From Eledone cirrhosa (taxonomy: Eukaryota), in NCBI GenBank assembly GCA_964016885.1, contig OZ024740.1:22940001-23004000 (forward strand): DNA of 64,000 nt. The letters are read 5' to 3'. The notes under the pieces were generated by a model. It saw only the letters and a program-made list of their open reading frames with translations, was not told where the DNA came from and searched no databases. The stretch's first letter is position 1, and each line of letters opens with the position of its first letter. This document shows, piece by piece, positions 14,501 to 27,022 of this stretch. Made by a program: the position numbers and the translations under genes.

Positions 14501-15580
14501 ATATGAATCAGTGGTAAGTGGATTCAATAATGGTATATGAACCAGTGGTAAGTTGATTCAGTGATGGTATATAAACCAGTGGAAAGTAGATTCAGTAATG
14601 GTATATAAACCAGTGGTAAGCAGATTCAGTGATGGTATATGAACCAGTGGTAAGTATATTCAGTGATGGTATATGAACCAGTGGTAAGTAGATTCAGTGA
14701 TGGTATATGAACCAGTGGTAAGTAGATTCAGTGAAGGTATATAGACCACTAGTAAGTAGATTCGTTGATGGTATATAACCAGTGGTAAGTAGATTTAGTG
14801 ATGGTATATAAACCAGTAGTAAGTAGATTCAGTGATGGTATATAAACCAGTAGTAAGTAGATTCAGTGATGGTATATGAACCAGTGGTAAGTAAATTGAG
14901 TGATGGTATATAAACCAGTGGTAAGTAGATTCAGTGATGGTATATGAACCAATGGTAAGTAGATTCAGTGATGGTATATGAACCAGTGGTAAGTATAGTC
15001 AGTGATGGTATATGAACCAGTGGTAAATAGATTCAGTGATGGTATATGAACCAGTGGTAAGTAGATTCAGTGATAGTATATGAACCAGTGGTAAGTAGAC
15101 TCATTGATGGTATATGAACCAGTGGAATGTAGATTCAGTGATGGTATATGAACCAGTGGTAAGTAGATTCAGTGATGGTATATGAACCAGTAGTAAGTAG
15201 ATTCAGTGCTGATATATGAATCAGTGGTATGTAGATTCAGTGATGGTATATGAACCAGTTGTAATTAGATGCAGTGATGGTATATAAATCAGTGTTAAGT
15301 AGATTCAGTGATGGTAAATGAACCAGTGGTAAGTATATTCAGTGATGGTATATGAACCAGTGGTAAGTAGATTCAGTGACGGTATATGAATCAGTGGTAA
15401 GTAGATTCAGTGATGGTATATGAACCAGTGGTAAGTAGATTCAGTGGTGGTATATAAACCAGTGGTAAGTAGATTCAGTGATGGTATATGAACCAGTTGT
15501 AATTAGATTCAGTGATGGTATATAAACCAGTGGTAAGTAGATTCAGTGATGGTATATGAACCAGTGGTAAGTAGATTCAG
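2600..15580. repeat. Higher-order repeat, about 1.6 tandem copies of a ~7.7-8.1-kb unit (~226-239 monomers)
   Basis: Rare variants recur in the same order: TTCGGTG 2631/10752 (offset 8,121); AAACGAG 3463/11312 (7,849); TTCCGTG 4501/12316 and GGTTAATGAAGC 5496/13311 (7,815); GTGCTAAAT 6389/14069 and TTCGTTG 7083/14763 (7,680). The offset shrinks by roughly whole monomers. Confidence 0.88.
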
Positions 15581-15589
15581 TGATGGTAT

Positions 15590-18500
15590 ATAAACCAGTG
15601 GTAAATATATTCAGTGATGTTATATAAACCAGTGGTAAGTAGATTAAATGATGGTATATAAACCAGTGGTAAGTAGATTCAGTGATGGTATATGAATCAG
15701 TGGTAAGTAGATTCAGTGATGGTATATGAACCAGTGGTAAATAGATTCAGTGATGGTATATGAACCAGTGATAAGTAGATTCAGTGATGGTATATGAACC
15801 AGTGGTAAGTAGATTCAGTGATGGTATATGAACCAGTAGTAAGTAGATTCAGTGATGGTATATGAACCAGTGGTAAGTAGATTCAGTGATGGTATATAAA
15901 CCAGTGGTAAGTAGATTCAGTGATGATATATGAACCAGTGGTAAATAGATTCAGTGATGGTATACGAACCAGTAGTAAGTAGATTCAGTGATGGTATATG
16001 AACCAGTAGCAAGTAGATTCAGTGATGGTATATGAACCAGTAGTAAGTAGATTCAGTGATGGTATATGAACCAGTGGTAAGTAGATTCAGTGATGGTATA
16101 TAAACCAGTGGTAAGTAGATTCAGTGATGGTATATGAACCATTGGTAAGCAGATTCAGTGATGGTATATGAACCAGTGTAAGTAGATTCAGTGATGGTAT
16201 ATGAACCAGTAGTAAGTAGATTCAGTGATGGTATATGAATCAGTGGTAAGTAGATTCAGTGATGGTATATGAACCAGTAGTAAGTGGATTCAGTGATGGT
16301 ATATGAACCAGTGGTAAGTAGATTCAGTGATGGTATATAAACCAGTGGTAAGTAGATTCAGTGATGGTATATGAACCAGTGCTAAATAGATTCAGTGATG
16401 ATGTATGAATCAGTGGTAAGTAGATTCAGTGATGGTATATGAACCAGTAGTAAGTAGATTCAGTGATGGTATATGAACCAGTGGTAAGTAGATTCAGTGA
16501 TGGTATATAAACAAGTGGTAAGTAGATTCAGTGATTGTATATGAACAAGTAGTAAGTAGATCCAGTGATGGTATATAAACCAGTGGTAAGTAGATTCGGT
16601 GATGGTATATGAATGAGTGGTAAATATATTCAGTTATGGTATATAAACCATTGGGAAGTAGATTCAGTGATGGCATATGAACCAGTGGTAAGTAGATTCA
16701 GTGATGGTATATGAACCACTGGTAAGTAGATTCTGTGATGGCATATGAACCAGTGGTAAATAGATTCAGTGATGGTATATAAACCAGTGGTAAGTAGATT
16801 CAGTGATGATATATGAATCAGTGGTAAGTGGATTCAGTAATGGTATATGAACCAGTGGTAAGTTGATTCAGTGATGGTATATAAACCAGTGGAAAGTAGA
16901 TTCAGTAATGGTATATAAACCAGTGGTAAGCAGATTCAGTGATGGTATATGAACCAGTGGTAAGTAGATTCAGTGATGGTATATGAACCAGTGGTAAGTA
17001 GATTCAGTGATGGTATATGAACCAGTGGTAAGTAGATTCAGTGAAGGTATATAGACCACTAGTCAGTAGATTCGTTGATGGTATATAACCAGTGGTAAGT
17101 AGATTTAGTGATGGTATATAAACCAGTAGTAAGTAGATTCAGTGATGGTATATAAACCAGTAGTAAGTAGATTCAGTAATGGTATATGAACCAGTGGTAA
17201 GTAAATTGAGTGATGGTATATAAACCAGTGGTAAGTAGATTCAGTGATGGTATATGAACCAGTGGTAAGTAGATTCAGTGATGGTATATGAACCAGTGGT
17301 AAGTATAGTCAGTGATGGTATATGAACCAGTGGTAAATAGATTCAGTGATGGTATATGAACCAGTGGTAAGTAGATTCAGTGATAGTATATGAACCAGTG
17401 GTAAGTAGACTCATTGATGGTATATGAACCAGTGGAATGTAGATTCAGTGATGGTATATGAACCAGTGGTAAGTAGATTCAGTGATGGTATATGAACCAG
17501 TAGTAAGTAGATTCAGTGCTGATATATGAATCAGTGGTATGTAGATTCAGTGATGGTATATGAACCAGTTGTAATTAGATGCAGTGATGGTATATAAATC
17601 AGTGTTAAGTAGATTCAGTGATGGTAAATGAACCAGTGGTAAGTATATTCAGTGATGGTATATGAACCAGTGGTAAGTAGATTCAGTGATGGTATATGAA
17701 CCAGTGGTAAGTAGATTCAGTGATGGTATATGAACCAGTGGTAAGTAGATTCAGTGGTGGTATATAAACCAGTGGTAAGTAGATTCAGTGATGGTATATG
17801 AACCAGTTGTAATTAGATTCAGTGATGGTATATAAACCAGTGGTAAGTAGATTCAGTGATGGTATATGAACCAGTGGTAAGTAGATTCAGTGATGGTATA
17901 TGAACCAGTGGTAAGTAGATTCAGTGATGGTATATGAACCAGTGGTAAGTATATTCAGTGATGGTATATGAACCAGTGGTAAATAGATTCAGTGATGGTA
18001 TATGAACCAGTGGTAAGTAGATTCAGTGATAGTATATGAACCAGTGGTAAGTAGATTCAGTGATGGTATATGAACCAGTGGAATGTAGATTCAGTGATGG
18101 TATATGAACCAGTTGTCAGCAGATTCAGTGATGGTATATGAACCAGTGGTAAGTAGATTCAGTGATGGTATATAAACCACTGATAAGTAGATTTAGTTAT
18201 AGTATATTAACCAGTGCTAAGTAGATCCAGCGATAGTATATGAACCAGTGGTAAATAGATTCAGTGATGGTATATTACCCAGTGATAAGTAGATTCATTG
18301 ATGGTATATTAACCAGTGGTAAGTAGATTCAGTGAAGGTATATTAACCAGTGGTAAGTAGATTCAGTGATGGTATATAAACCAGTAGTAAGTAGATCCAG
18401 TGATGTTATATGAACCAGTGGTAAGTAGATTCAGTGATGGTATATGAACCAGTAGTAACTAGATTCAGTGATGGTATATGAACCAGTGGTAAGTAAATTC

Positions 18501-20420
18501 AGTGATGGTATATGAACCAGTAGTAAGTAGATTCAGTGATGGTATATAAACCAGTGGTAAATAGATTCAGTGATGGTATATAAACCAGTGGTAAGTAGAT
18601 TCAGTGATTGTATATGAATCAGTGGTAAGTAGATTCAGTGATGGTACATGAACCAGTGGTAAATAGATTCAGTGATGGTATGTGAACCAGTGGTAAGTAG
18701 ATTCAGTGATGGTATGTGAACCAGTGGTAAGTAGATTCAGTGATGGTATAATAACAAGTGGCACGTAGATTCAGTGATGGTATATAACCCATTGGTAAGT
18801 AGATTCAGTGATGATATATGAACCAGTGGTAAATAGATTCAGTGATGGTATACGAACCAGTAGTAAGTAGATTCAGTGATGGTATATGAACCAGTAGCAA
18901 GTAGATTCAGTGATGGTATATGAACCAGTAGTAAGTAGATTCAGTGATGGTATATGAACCAGCAATAAGTAGATTCAGTGATGGTATATAAACCAGTGGT
19001 AAGTAGATTCAGTGATGGTATATAAACCAGTAGTAAGTAGATTCAGTGATGGTATATGAACCAGTGGTAAGTAGATTCAGTGATGGTATATAAACCAGTG
19101 GTAAGTAGACTCAGTGATGGTATATGAACCATTGGTAAACAGATTCAGTGATGGTATATGAACCAGTGTAAGTAGATTCAGTGATGGTATATGAACCAGT
19201 AGTAAGTAGATTCAGTGATGGTATATGAATCAGTGGTAAGTAGATTCAGTGATGGTATATGAACCAGTAGTAAGTAGATTCAGTGATGGTATATGAACCA
19301 GTGGTAAGTAGATTCAGTGATGGTATATAAACCAGTGGTAAGTAGATTCAGTGATGGTATATGCACCAGTGCTAAATAGATTCAGTGATGATATATGAAT
19401 CAGTGGTAAGTAGATTCAGTGATGGTCTATGAACCAGTAGTAAGTAGATTCAGTGATGGTATATGAACCAGTCGTAACTAGATTCAGTGATGGTATATAA
19501 ACCAGTGGTAAGTAGATTCAGTGATGGTATATGAACAAGTAGTAAGTAGATTCAGTGATGGTATATAAACCAGTGGTAAGTAGATTCAGTGATGGTATAT
19601 GAATGAGTGGTAAATATATTCAGTTATGGTATATACACCAGTGGTAAGTAGATTCAGTGATGGCATATGAACCAGTGGTAAGTAGATTCAGTGATGGTAT
19701 ATAAACCAGTGGTAAGTAGATTCTGTGATGGGATATGAACCAGTGGTAAATAGATTCAGTGATGGTATATAAACCAGTGGTAAGTAGATTCAGTGATGGT
19801 ATATGAATCAGTGGTAAGTGGATTCAGTAATGGTATATGAACCAGTGGTAAGTTGATTCAGTGATGGTATATAAACCAGTGGAAAGTAGATTCAGTAATG
19901 GTATATAAACCAGTGGTAAGCAGATTCAGTGATGGTATATGAACCAGTGGTAAGTAGATTCAGTGATGGTATATGAACCAGTGGTAAGTAGATTCAGTGA
20001 TGGTATATGAACCAGTGGTAAGTAGATTCAGTGAAGGTATATAGACCACTAGTAAGTAGATTCGTTGATGGTATATAACCAGTGGTAAGTAGATTTAGTG
20101 ATGGTATATAAACCAGTAGTAAGTAGATTCAGTGATGGTATATGAACCAGTGGTAAGTAAATTGAGTGATGGTATATAAACCAGTGGTAAGTAGATTCAG
20201 TGATGGTATATGAACCAGTGGTAAGTAGATTCAGTGATGGTATATGAACCAGTGGTAAATAGATTCAGTGATGGCATATGAACCAGTGGTATGTAGATTC
20301 AGTGATGGTATATAAATCGGTGGTAAGTATATTCAGTGATGGTATATGAACCAGTGGTAAGTAGATTCAGTGATGGTATATGAACCAGTGGTAAGTAGAT
20401 TCAGTGATGGTATATGAACC
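15590..20420. repeat. Block duplicate of ~5600-10640 (offset 9,990, then 9,786 after a net 6-monomer difference)
   Basis: GTAAATATAT 5611/15601 and TTCGTTG 7083/17073 give 9,990. GATCCAGCG 8441/18227 and TTCGTTG 10277/20063 give 9,786, a 204-bp difference. Confidence 0.85.
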
Positions 20421-21964
20421 AGTAGTAACTAGATTCTGTGATGGTATATGAACCAGTGGTAAGTATAGTCCATGATGGTATATGAACCAGTGGTAAATAG
20501 ATTCAGTGATGGTATATTAACCAGTAGTAAGTAGATTCAGTGATGGTATATGAACCAGTGGTAAATAGATTCAGTGATGGTATGTGAACCAGTAGTAAGT
20601 AGATTCAGTGATGGTATATGAACCAGTAGTAAGTAGATTCAGTGCTGATATATGAATCAGTGGTAAGTAGATTCAGTGATGGTATATAAACCAGTAGTAA
20701 GTAGATTCAGTAATGGTATATAAACCAGTGGTAAGTAGATTCAGTGATGGTATATGAACCAGTGGTAAGTAGATTCAGTGATGGTATATAAACCACTGGT
20801 AAGTAGATTCAGTGATGCTATATGAACCAGTTGTAATTAGATTCAGTGATTGTATATAAACCAGTGGTAAGTAGATTCAGTGATGGTATATGAACCAGTG
20901 GTAAATAGATACAGTGATGGTATATGAACCAGTGGTAAGTAGATTCAGTGATGGTATATGAACCAGTAGTAAGTAGATTCAGTGAAGGTGTATAAACCAG
21001 TGGTAAGTAGATTCAGTGATGGTATATGAACCAGTGGTAAGTAGATTCAGTGATGGTATATGAACCAGTCGTAAGTAGATTCAGTGATGGTATATGAACC
21101 AGTAGTAAGTAGATACAGTGATGGTATATGAACCAGTGGTAAGTAGATTCAGTGATGGTATATGAACCAGTGGTAAATAGATTCAGTGATGTTATATTAA
21201 CCAGTGCTAAGTAGATTCAGTGATGGTATATGAATTAGTGGTAAGTAGATTCATTGATGGTATATGAACCAGTGGTAAGTAAATTCAGTGATGGTATATG
21301 AACCAGTTGTCAGTAGATTCAGTGATGATATATAAACCACTGATAAGTAGATTTAGTTATAGTATATTAACCAGTGCTAAGTAGATCCAGCGATAGTATA
21401 TGAACCAGTGGTAAATAGATTCAGTGATGGTATATTACCCAGTGATAAGTAGATTCATTGATGGTATATTAACCAGTGGTAAGTAGATTCAGTGAAGGTA
21501 TATTAACCAGTGGTAAGTAGATTCAGTGATGGTATATAAACCAGTAGTAACTAGATCCAGTGATGGTATATGAACCAGTGGTAAGTAAATTCAGTGATGG
21601 TATATGAACCAGTAGTAAGTAGATTCATTGATGGTATATAAACCAGTGGTAAATAGATTCAGTGATGGTATATAAACCAGTGGTAAGTAGATTAAATGAT
21701 GGTATATAAACCAGTGGTAAGTAGATTCAGTGATGGTATATGAATCAGTGGTAAATAGATTCAGTGATGGTACATGAACCAGTGGTAAATAGATTCAGTG
21801 ATAGTATGTGAACCAGTGGTAAGTAGATTCAGTGATGGTATGTGAAACAGTGATAAGTAGATACAGTGATGGTATAATAACAAGTGGCAAGTAGATTCTG
21901 TGATGGTATATAACCCATTGGTAAGTAGATTCAGTGATGGTATATGAACCAGTAGTAAGTAGAA

Positions 21965-24900
21965 TCAGTGATGGTATATAAACCAGTGGTAAGTAGATTC
22001 AGTGATGGTATATGAACCAGTAGCAAGTAGATTCAGTGATGGTATATGAACCAGTAGTAAGTAGATTCAGTGATGATATATGAACCAGCAATAAGTAGAT
22101 TCAGTGATGGTATATAAACCAGTGGTAAGTAGATTCAGTGATGGTATATAAACCAGTAGTAAGTAGATTCAGTGATGGTATATGAACAAGTGGTAAGTAG
22201 ATTCAGTGATGGTATATAAACCAGTGGTAAGTAGATTCAGTGATGGTATATGTACAAGTAGTAAGTAGATTCAGTGATGGTATATAAACCAGTGGAAAGT
22301 AGATTCAGTAATGGTATATAAACCAGTGGTAAGCAGATTCAGTGATGGTATATGAACCAGTGGTAAGTAGATTCAGTGATGGTATATTAACCAGTGGTAA
22401 GTAGATTCAGTGATGGTATATGAACCAGTGGTAAGTAGATTCAGTGAAGGTATATAGACCACTAGTAAGTAGATTCGTTGATGGTATATAACCAGTGGTA
22501 AGTAGATTTAGTGATGGTATATAAACCAGTAGTAAGTAGATTCAGTGATGGTATATGAACCAGTGGTAAGTAAATTGAGTGATGGTATATAAACCAGTGG
22601 TAAGTAGATTCAGTGATGGTATATGAACCAGTGGTAAGTAGATTCAGTGATGGTATATGAACCAGTGGTAAATAGATTCAGTGATGGCATATGAACCAGT
22701 GGTATGTAGATTCAGTGATGGTATATACATCAGTGGTAAGTATATTCAGTGATGGTATATGAACCAGTGGTAAGTAGATTCAGTGATGGTATATGAACCA
22801 GTGGTAAGTAGATTCAGTGATGGTATATGAACCAGTAGTAACTAGATTCAGTGATGGTATATGAACCAGTGGTAAGTATAGTCCATGATGGTATATGAAC
22901 CAGTGGTAAATAGATTCAGTGATGGTATATTAACCAGTAGTAAGTAGATTCAGTGATGGTATATGAACCAGTGGTAAATAGATTCAGTGATGGTATGTGA
23001 ACCAGTAGTAAGTAGATTCAGTGATGGTATATGAACCAGTAGTAAGTAGATTCAGTGCTGATATATGAATCAGTGGTAAGTAGATTCAGTGATGGTATAT
23101 AAACCAGTAGTAAGTAGATTCAGTAATGGTATATAAACCAGTGGTAGGTAGATTCAGTGATGGTATATGAACCAGTGGTCAGTAGATTCAGTGATGGTAT
23201 ATAAACCAGTGGTAAGTAGATTCAGTGATGGTATATGAACCAGTTGTAATTAGATTCAGTGATGGTATATAAACCAGCGGTAAGTAGATTCACTGATGGT
23301 ATATGAACCAGTGGTAAATAGATACAGTGATGGTATATGAACCAGTGGTAAGTAGATTCAGTGATGGTATATGAACCAGTAGTAAGTAGATTCAGTGAAG
23401 GTATATAAACCAGTGGTAAGTAGATTCAGTAATGGTATATGAACCAGTGGTAAGTAGATTCAGTGATGGTATATGAACCAGTGGTAAGTAGATTCAGTGA
23501 TGGTATATGAACCAGTGGTAAGTAGATTCAGTGACGGTATGTGAACCAGTAGTAAGTAGAATCAGTGATGGTATATGAACCAGTAGTAAGTAGATTCAGT
23601 GATGATATATGAATCAGTGGTAAGTAGATTCAGTGATGGTATATGAACCAGTAGTAAGTAGATACAGTGATGTTATATAAACCAGTGGTAAGTAGATTCA
23701 GTGATGGTATATGAACCAGTGTTAAATAGATTCAGTGATGGTATATGAACCAGTGGTAAGTAGATTCAGTGATGGTATATGAACCAGTAGTAAGTAGATT
23801 CAGTGAAGGTATATAAACCAGTGGTAAGTAGATTCAGTGATGGTATATGAACCAGTGGTAAGTAGATTCAGTGATGGTATATGAACCAGTGGTAAGTAGA
23901 TTCAGTGATGGTATATGAACCAGTGGTTAATAGATTCAGTGATGTTATATTAACCAGTGCTAAGTAGATTCAGTGATGGTATATGAATTAGTGGTAAGTA
24001 GATTCAGTGATGGTATATTAACCAGTGGTAAGTAGATTCAGTGATGGTATATGAACCCGTTGTAAGTAGATTCAGTGATGATAAATAAACCAGTGGTAAG
24101 TAGATTTAGTGATGGTATATTAACCAGTGTTAAGTAGATCCAGCGATAGTATATGAACCAGTGGTAAATAGATTCAGTGATGGTATATGAACCAGTGCTA
24201 AGTAGATTCAGTGAAGGTATATTAACCAGTGGTAAGTAGATTCAGTGATGGTATATTAACCAGTGGTAAGTAGATTCAGTGACGGTATATAAACCAGTGT
24301 TAAGTAGATTAAGTGATGGTATATAAACCAGTAGTAACTAGATCCAGTGATGGTATATGAACCAGTAGTAAGTAGATCAAGTGATGGTATATGAACCAGT
24401 AGTAAGTAGATTCAGTGATGGTATATGAACCAGTAGTAACTAGATTCAGTGATGGTATATGAACCAGTAGTAAGTAGATTCAGTGATGGTATATAAACCA
24501 GTGGTAAGTAGATTCAGTGATGGTATATGAACCAGTAGCAAGTAGATTCAGTGATGGTATATGAACCAGTAGTAAGTAGATTCAGTGATGATATATGAAC
24601 CAGCAATAAGTAGATTCAGTGATGGTATATAAACCAGTGGTAAGTAGATTCAGTGATGGTATATAAACCAGTAGTAAGTAGATTCAGTGATGGTATATGA
24701 ACAAGTGGTAAGTAGATTCAGTGATGGTATATAAACCAGTGGTAAGTAGATTCAGTGATGGTATATGTACAAGTAGTAAGTAGATTCAGTGATGGTATAT
24801 AAACCAGTGGAAAGTAGATTCAGTAATGGTATATAAACCAGTGGTAAGCAGATTCAGTGATGGTATATGAACCAGTGGTAAGTAGATTCAGTGATGGTAT

Positions 24901-27022
24901 ATTAACCAGTGGTAAGTAGATTCAGTGATGGTATATGAACCAGTGGTAAGTAGATTCAGTGAAGGTATATAGACCACTAGTAAGTAGATTCGTTGATGGT
25001 ATATAACCAGTGGTAAGTAGATTTAGTGATGGTATATAAACCAGTAGTAAGTAGATTCAGTGATGGTATATGAACCAGTGGTAAGTAAATTGAGTGATGG
25101 TATATAAACCAGTGGTAAGTAGATTCAGTGATGGTATATGAACCAGTGGTAAGTAGATTCAGTGATGGTATATGAACCAGTGGTAAATAGATTCAGTGAT
25201 GGCATATGAACCAGTGGTATGTAGATTCAGTGATGGTATATACATCAGTGGTAAGTATATTCAGTGATGGTATATGAACCAGTGGTAAGTAGATTCAGTG
25301 ATGGTATATGAACCAGTGGTAAGTAGATTCAGTGATGGTATATGAACCAGTAGTAACTAGATTCAGTGATGGTATATGAACCAGTGGTAAGTATAGTCCA
25401 TGATGGTATATGAACCAGTGGTAAATAGATTCAGTGATGGTATATTAACCAGTAGTAAGTAGATTCAGTGATGGTATATGAACCAGTGGTAAATAGATTC
25501 AGTGATGGTATGTGAACCAGTAGTAAGTAGATTCAGTGATGGTATATGAACCAGTAGTAAGTAGATTCAGTGCTGATATATGAATCAGTGGTAAGTAGAT
25601 TCAGTGATGGTATATAAACCAGTAGTAAGTAGATTCAGTAATGGTATATAAACCAGTGGTAGGTAGATTCAGTGATGGTATATGAACCAGTGGTCAGTAG
25701 ATTCAGTGATGGTATATAAACCAGTGGTAAGTAGATTCAGTGATGGTATATGAACCAGTTGTAATTAGATTCAGTGATGGTATATAAACCAGCGGTAAGT
25801 AGATTCACTGATGGTATATGAACCAGTGGTAAATAGATACAGTGATGGTATATGAACCAGTGGTAAGTAGATTCAGTGATGGTATATGAACCAGTAGTAA
25901 GTAGATTCAGTGAAGGTATATAAACCAGTGGTAAGTAGATTCAGTAATGGTATATGAACCAGTGGTAAGTAGATTCAGTGATGGTATATGAACCAGTGGT
26001 AAGTAGATTCAGTGATGGTATATGAACCAGTGGTAAGTAGATTCAGTGACGGTATGTGAACCAGTAGTAAGTAGAATCAGTGATGGTATATGAACCAGTA
26101 GTAAGTAGATTCAGTGATGATATATGAATCAGTGGTAAGTAGATTCAGTGATGGTATATGAACCAGTAGTAAGTAGATACAGTGATGTTATATAAACCAG
26201 TGGTAAGTAGATTCAGTGATGGTATATGAACCAGTGTTAAATAGATTCAGTGATGGTATATGAACCAGTGGTAAGTAGATTCAGTGATGGTATATGAACC
26301 AGTAGTAAGTAGATTCAGTGAAGGTATATAAACCAGTGGTAAGTAGATTCAGTGATGGTATATGAACCAGTGGTAAGTAGATTCAGTGATGGTATATGAA
26401 CCAGTGGTAAGTAGATTCAGTGATGGTATATGAACCAGTGGTTAATAGATTCAGTGATGTTATATTAACCAGTGCTAAGTAGATTCAGTGATGGTATATG
26501 AATTAGTGGTAAGTAGATTCAGTGATGGTATATTAACCAGTGGTAAGTAGATTCAGTGATGGTATATGAACCCGTTGTAAGTAGATTCAGTGATGATAAA
26601 TAAACCAGTGGTAAGTAGATTTAGTGATGGTATATTAACCAGTGTTAAGTAGATCCAGCGATAGTATATGAACCAGTGGTAAATAGATTCAGTGATGGTA
26701 TATGAACCAGTGCTAAGTAGATTCAGTGAAGGTATATTAACCAGTGGTAAGTAGATTCAGTGATGGTATATTAACCAGTGGTAAGTAGATTCAGTGACGG
26801 TATATAAACCAGTGTTAAGTAGATTAAGTGATGGTATATAAACCAGTAGTAACTAGATCCAGTGATGGTATATGAACCAGTAGTAAGTAGATCAAGTGAT
26901 GGTATATGAACCAGTAGTAAGTAGATTCAGTGATGGTATATGAACCAGTAGTAACTAGATTCAGTGATGGTATATGAACCAGTAGTAAGTAGATTCAGTG
27001 ATGGTATATAAACCAGTGGTAA
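21965..27022. repeat. Direct tandem duplication of a 2,515-bp block (74 monomers minus 1 bp)
   Basis: TTCGTTG 22476/24991, ACCAGCGG 23278/25793 and GATCCAGCG 24140/26655 are all offset 2,515. The copies diverge near 21964/24479 and 24508/27023. Confidence 0.92.

Noticed and set aside
16494-16676. 60-aa minus-strand ORF
   Set aside because: Same repeat peptide, extended by one TGA>CGA variant. Paralogous blocks retain the stop.
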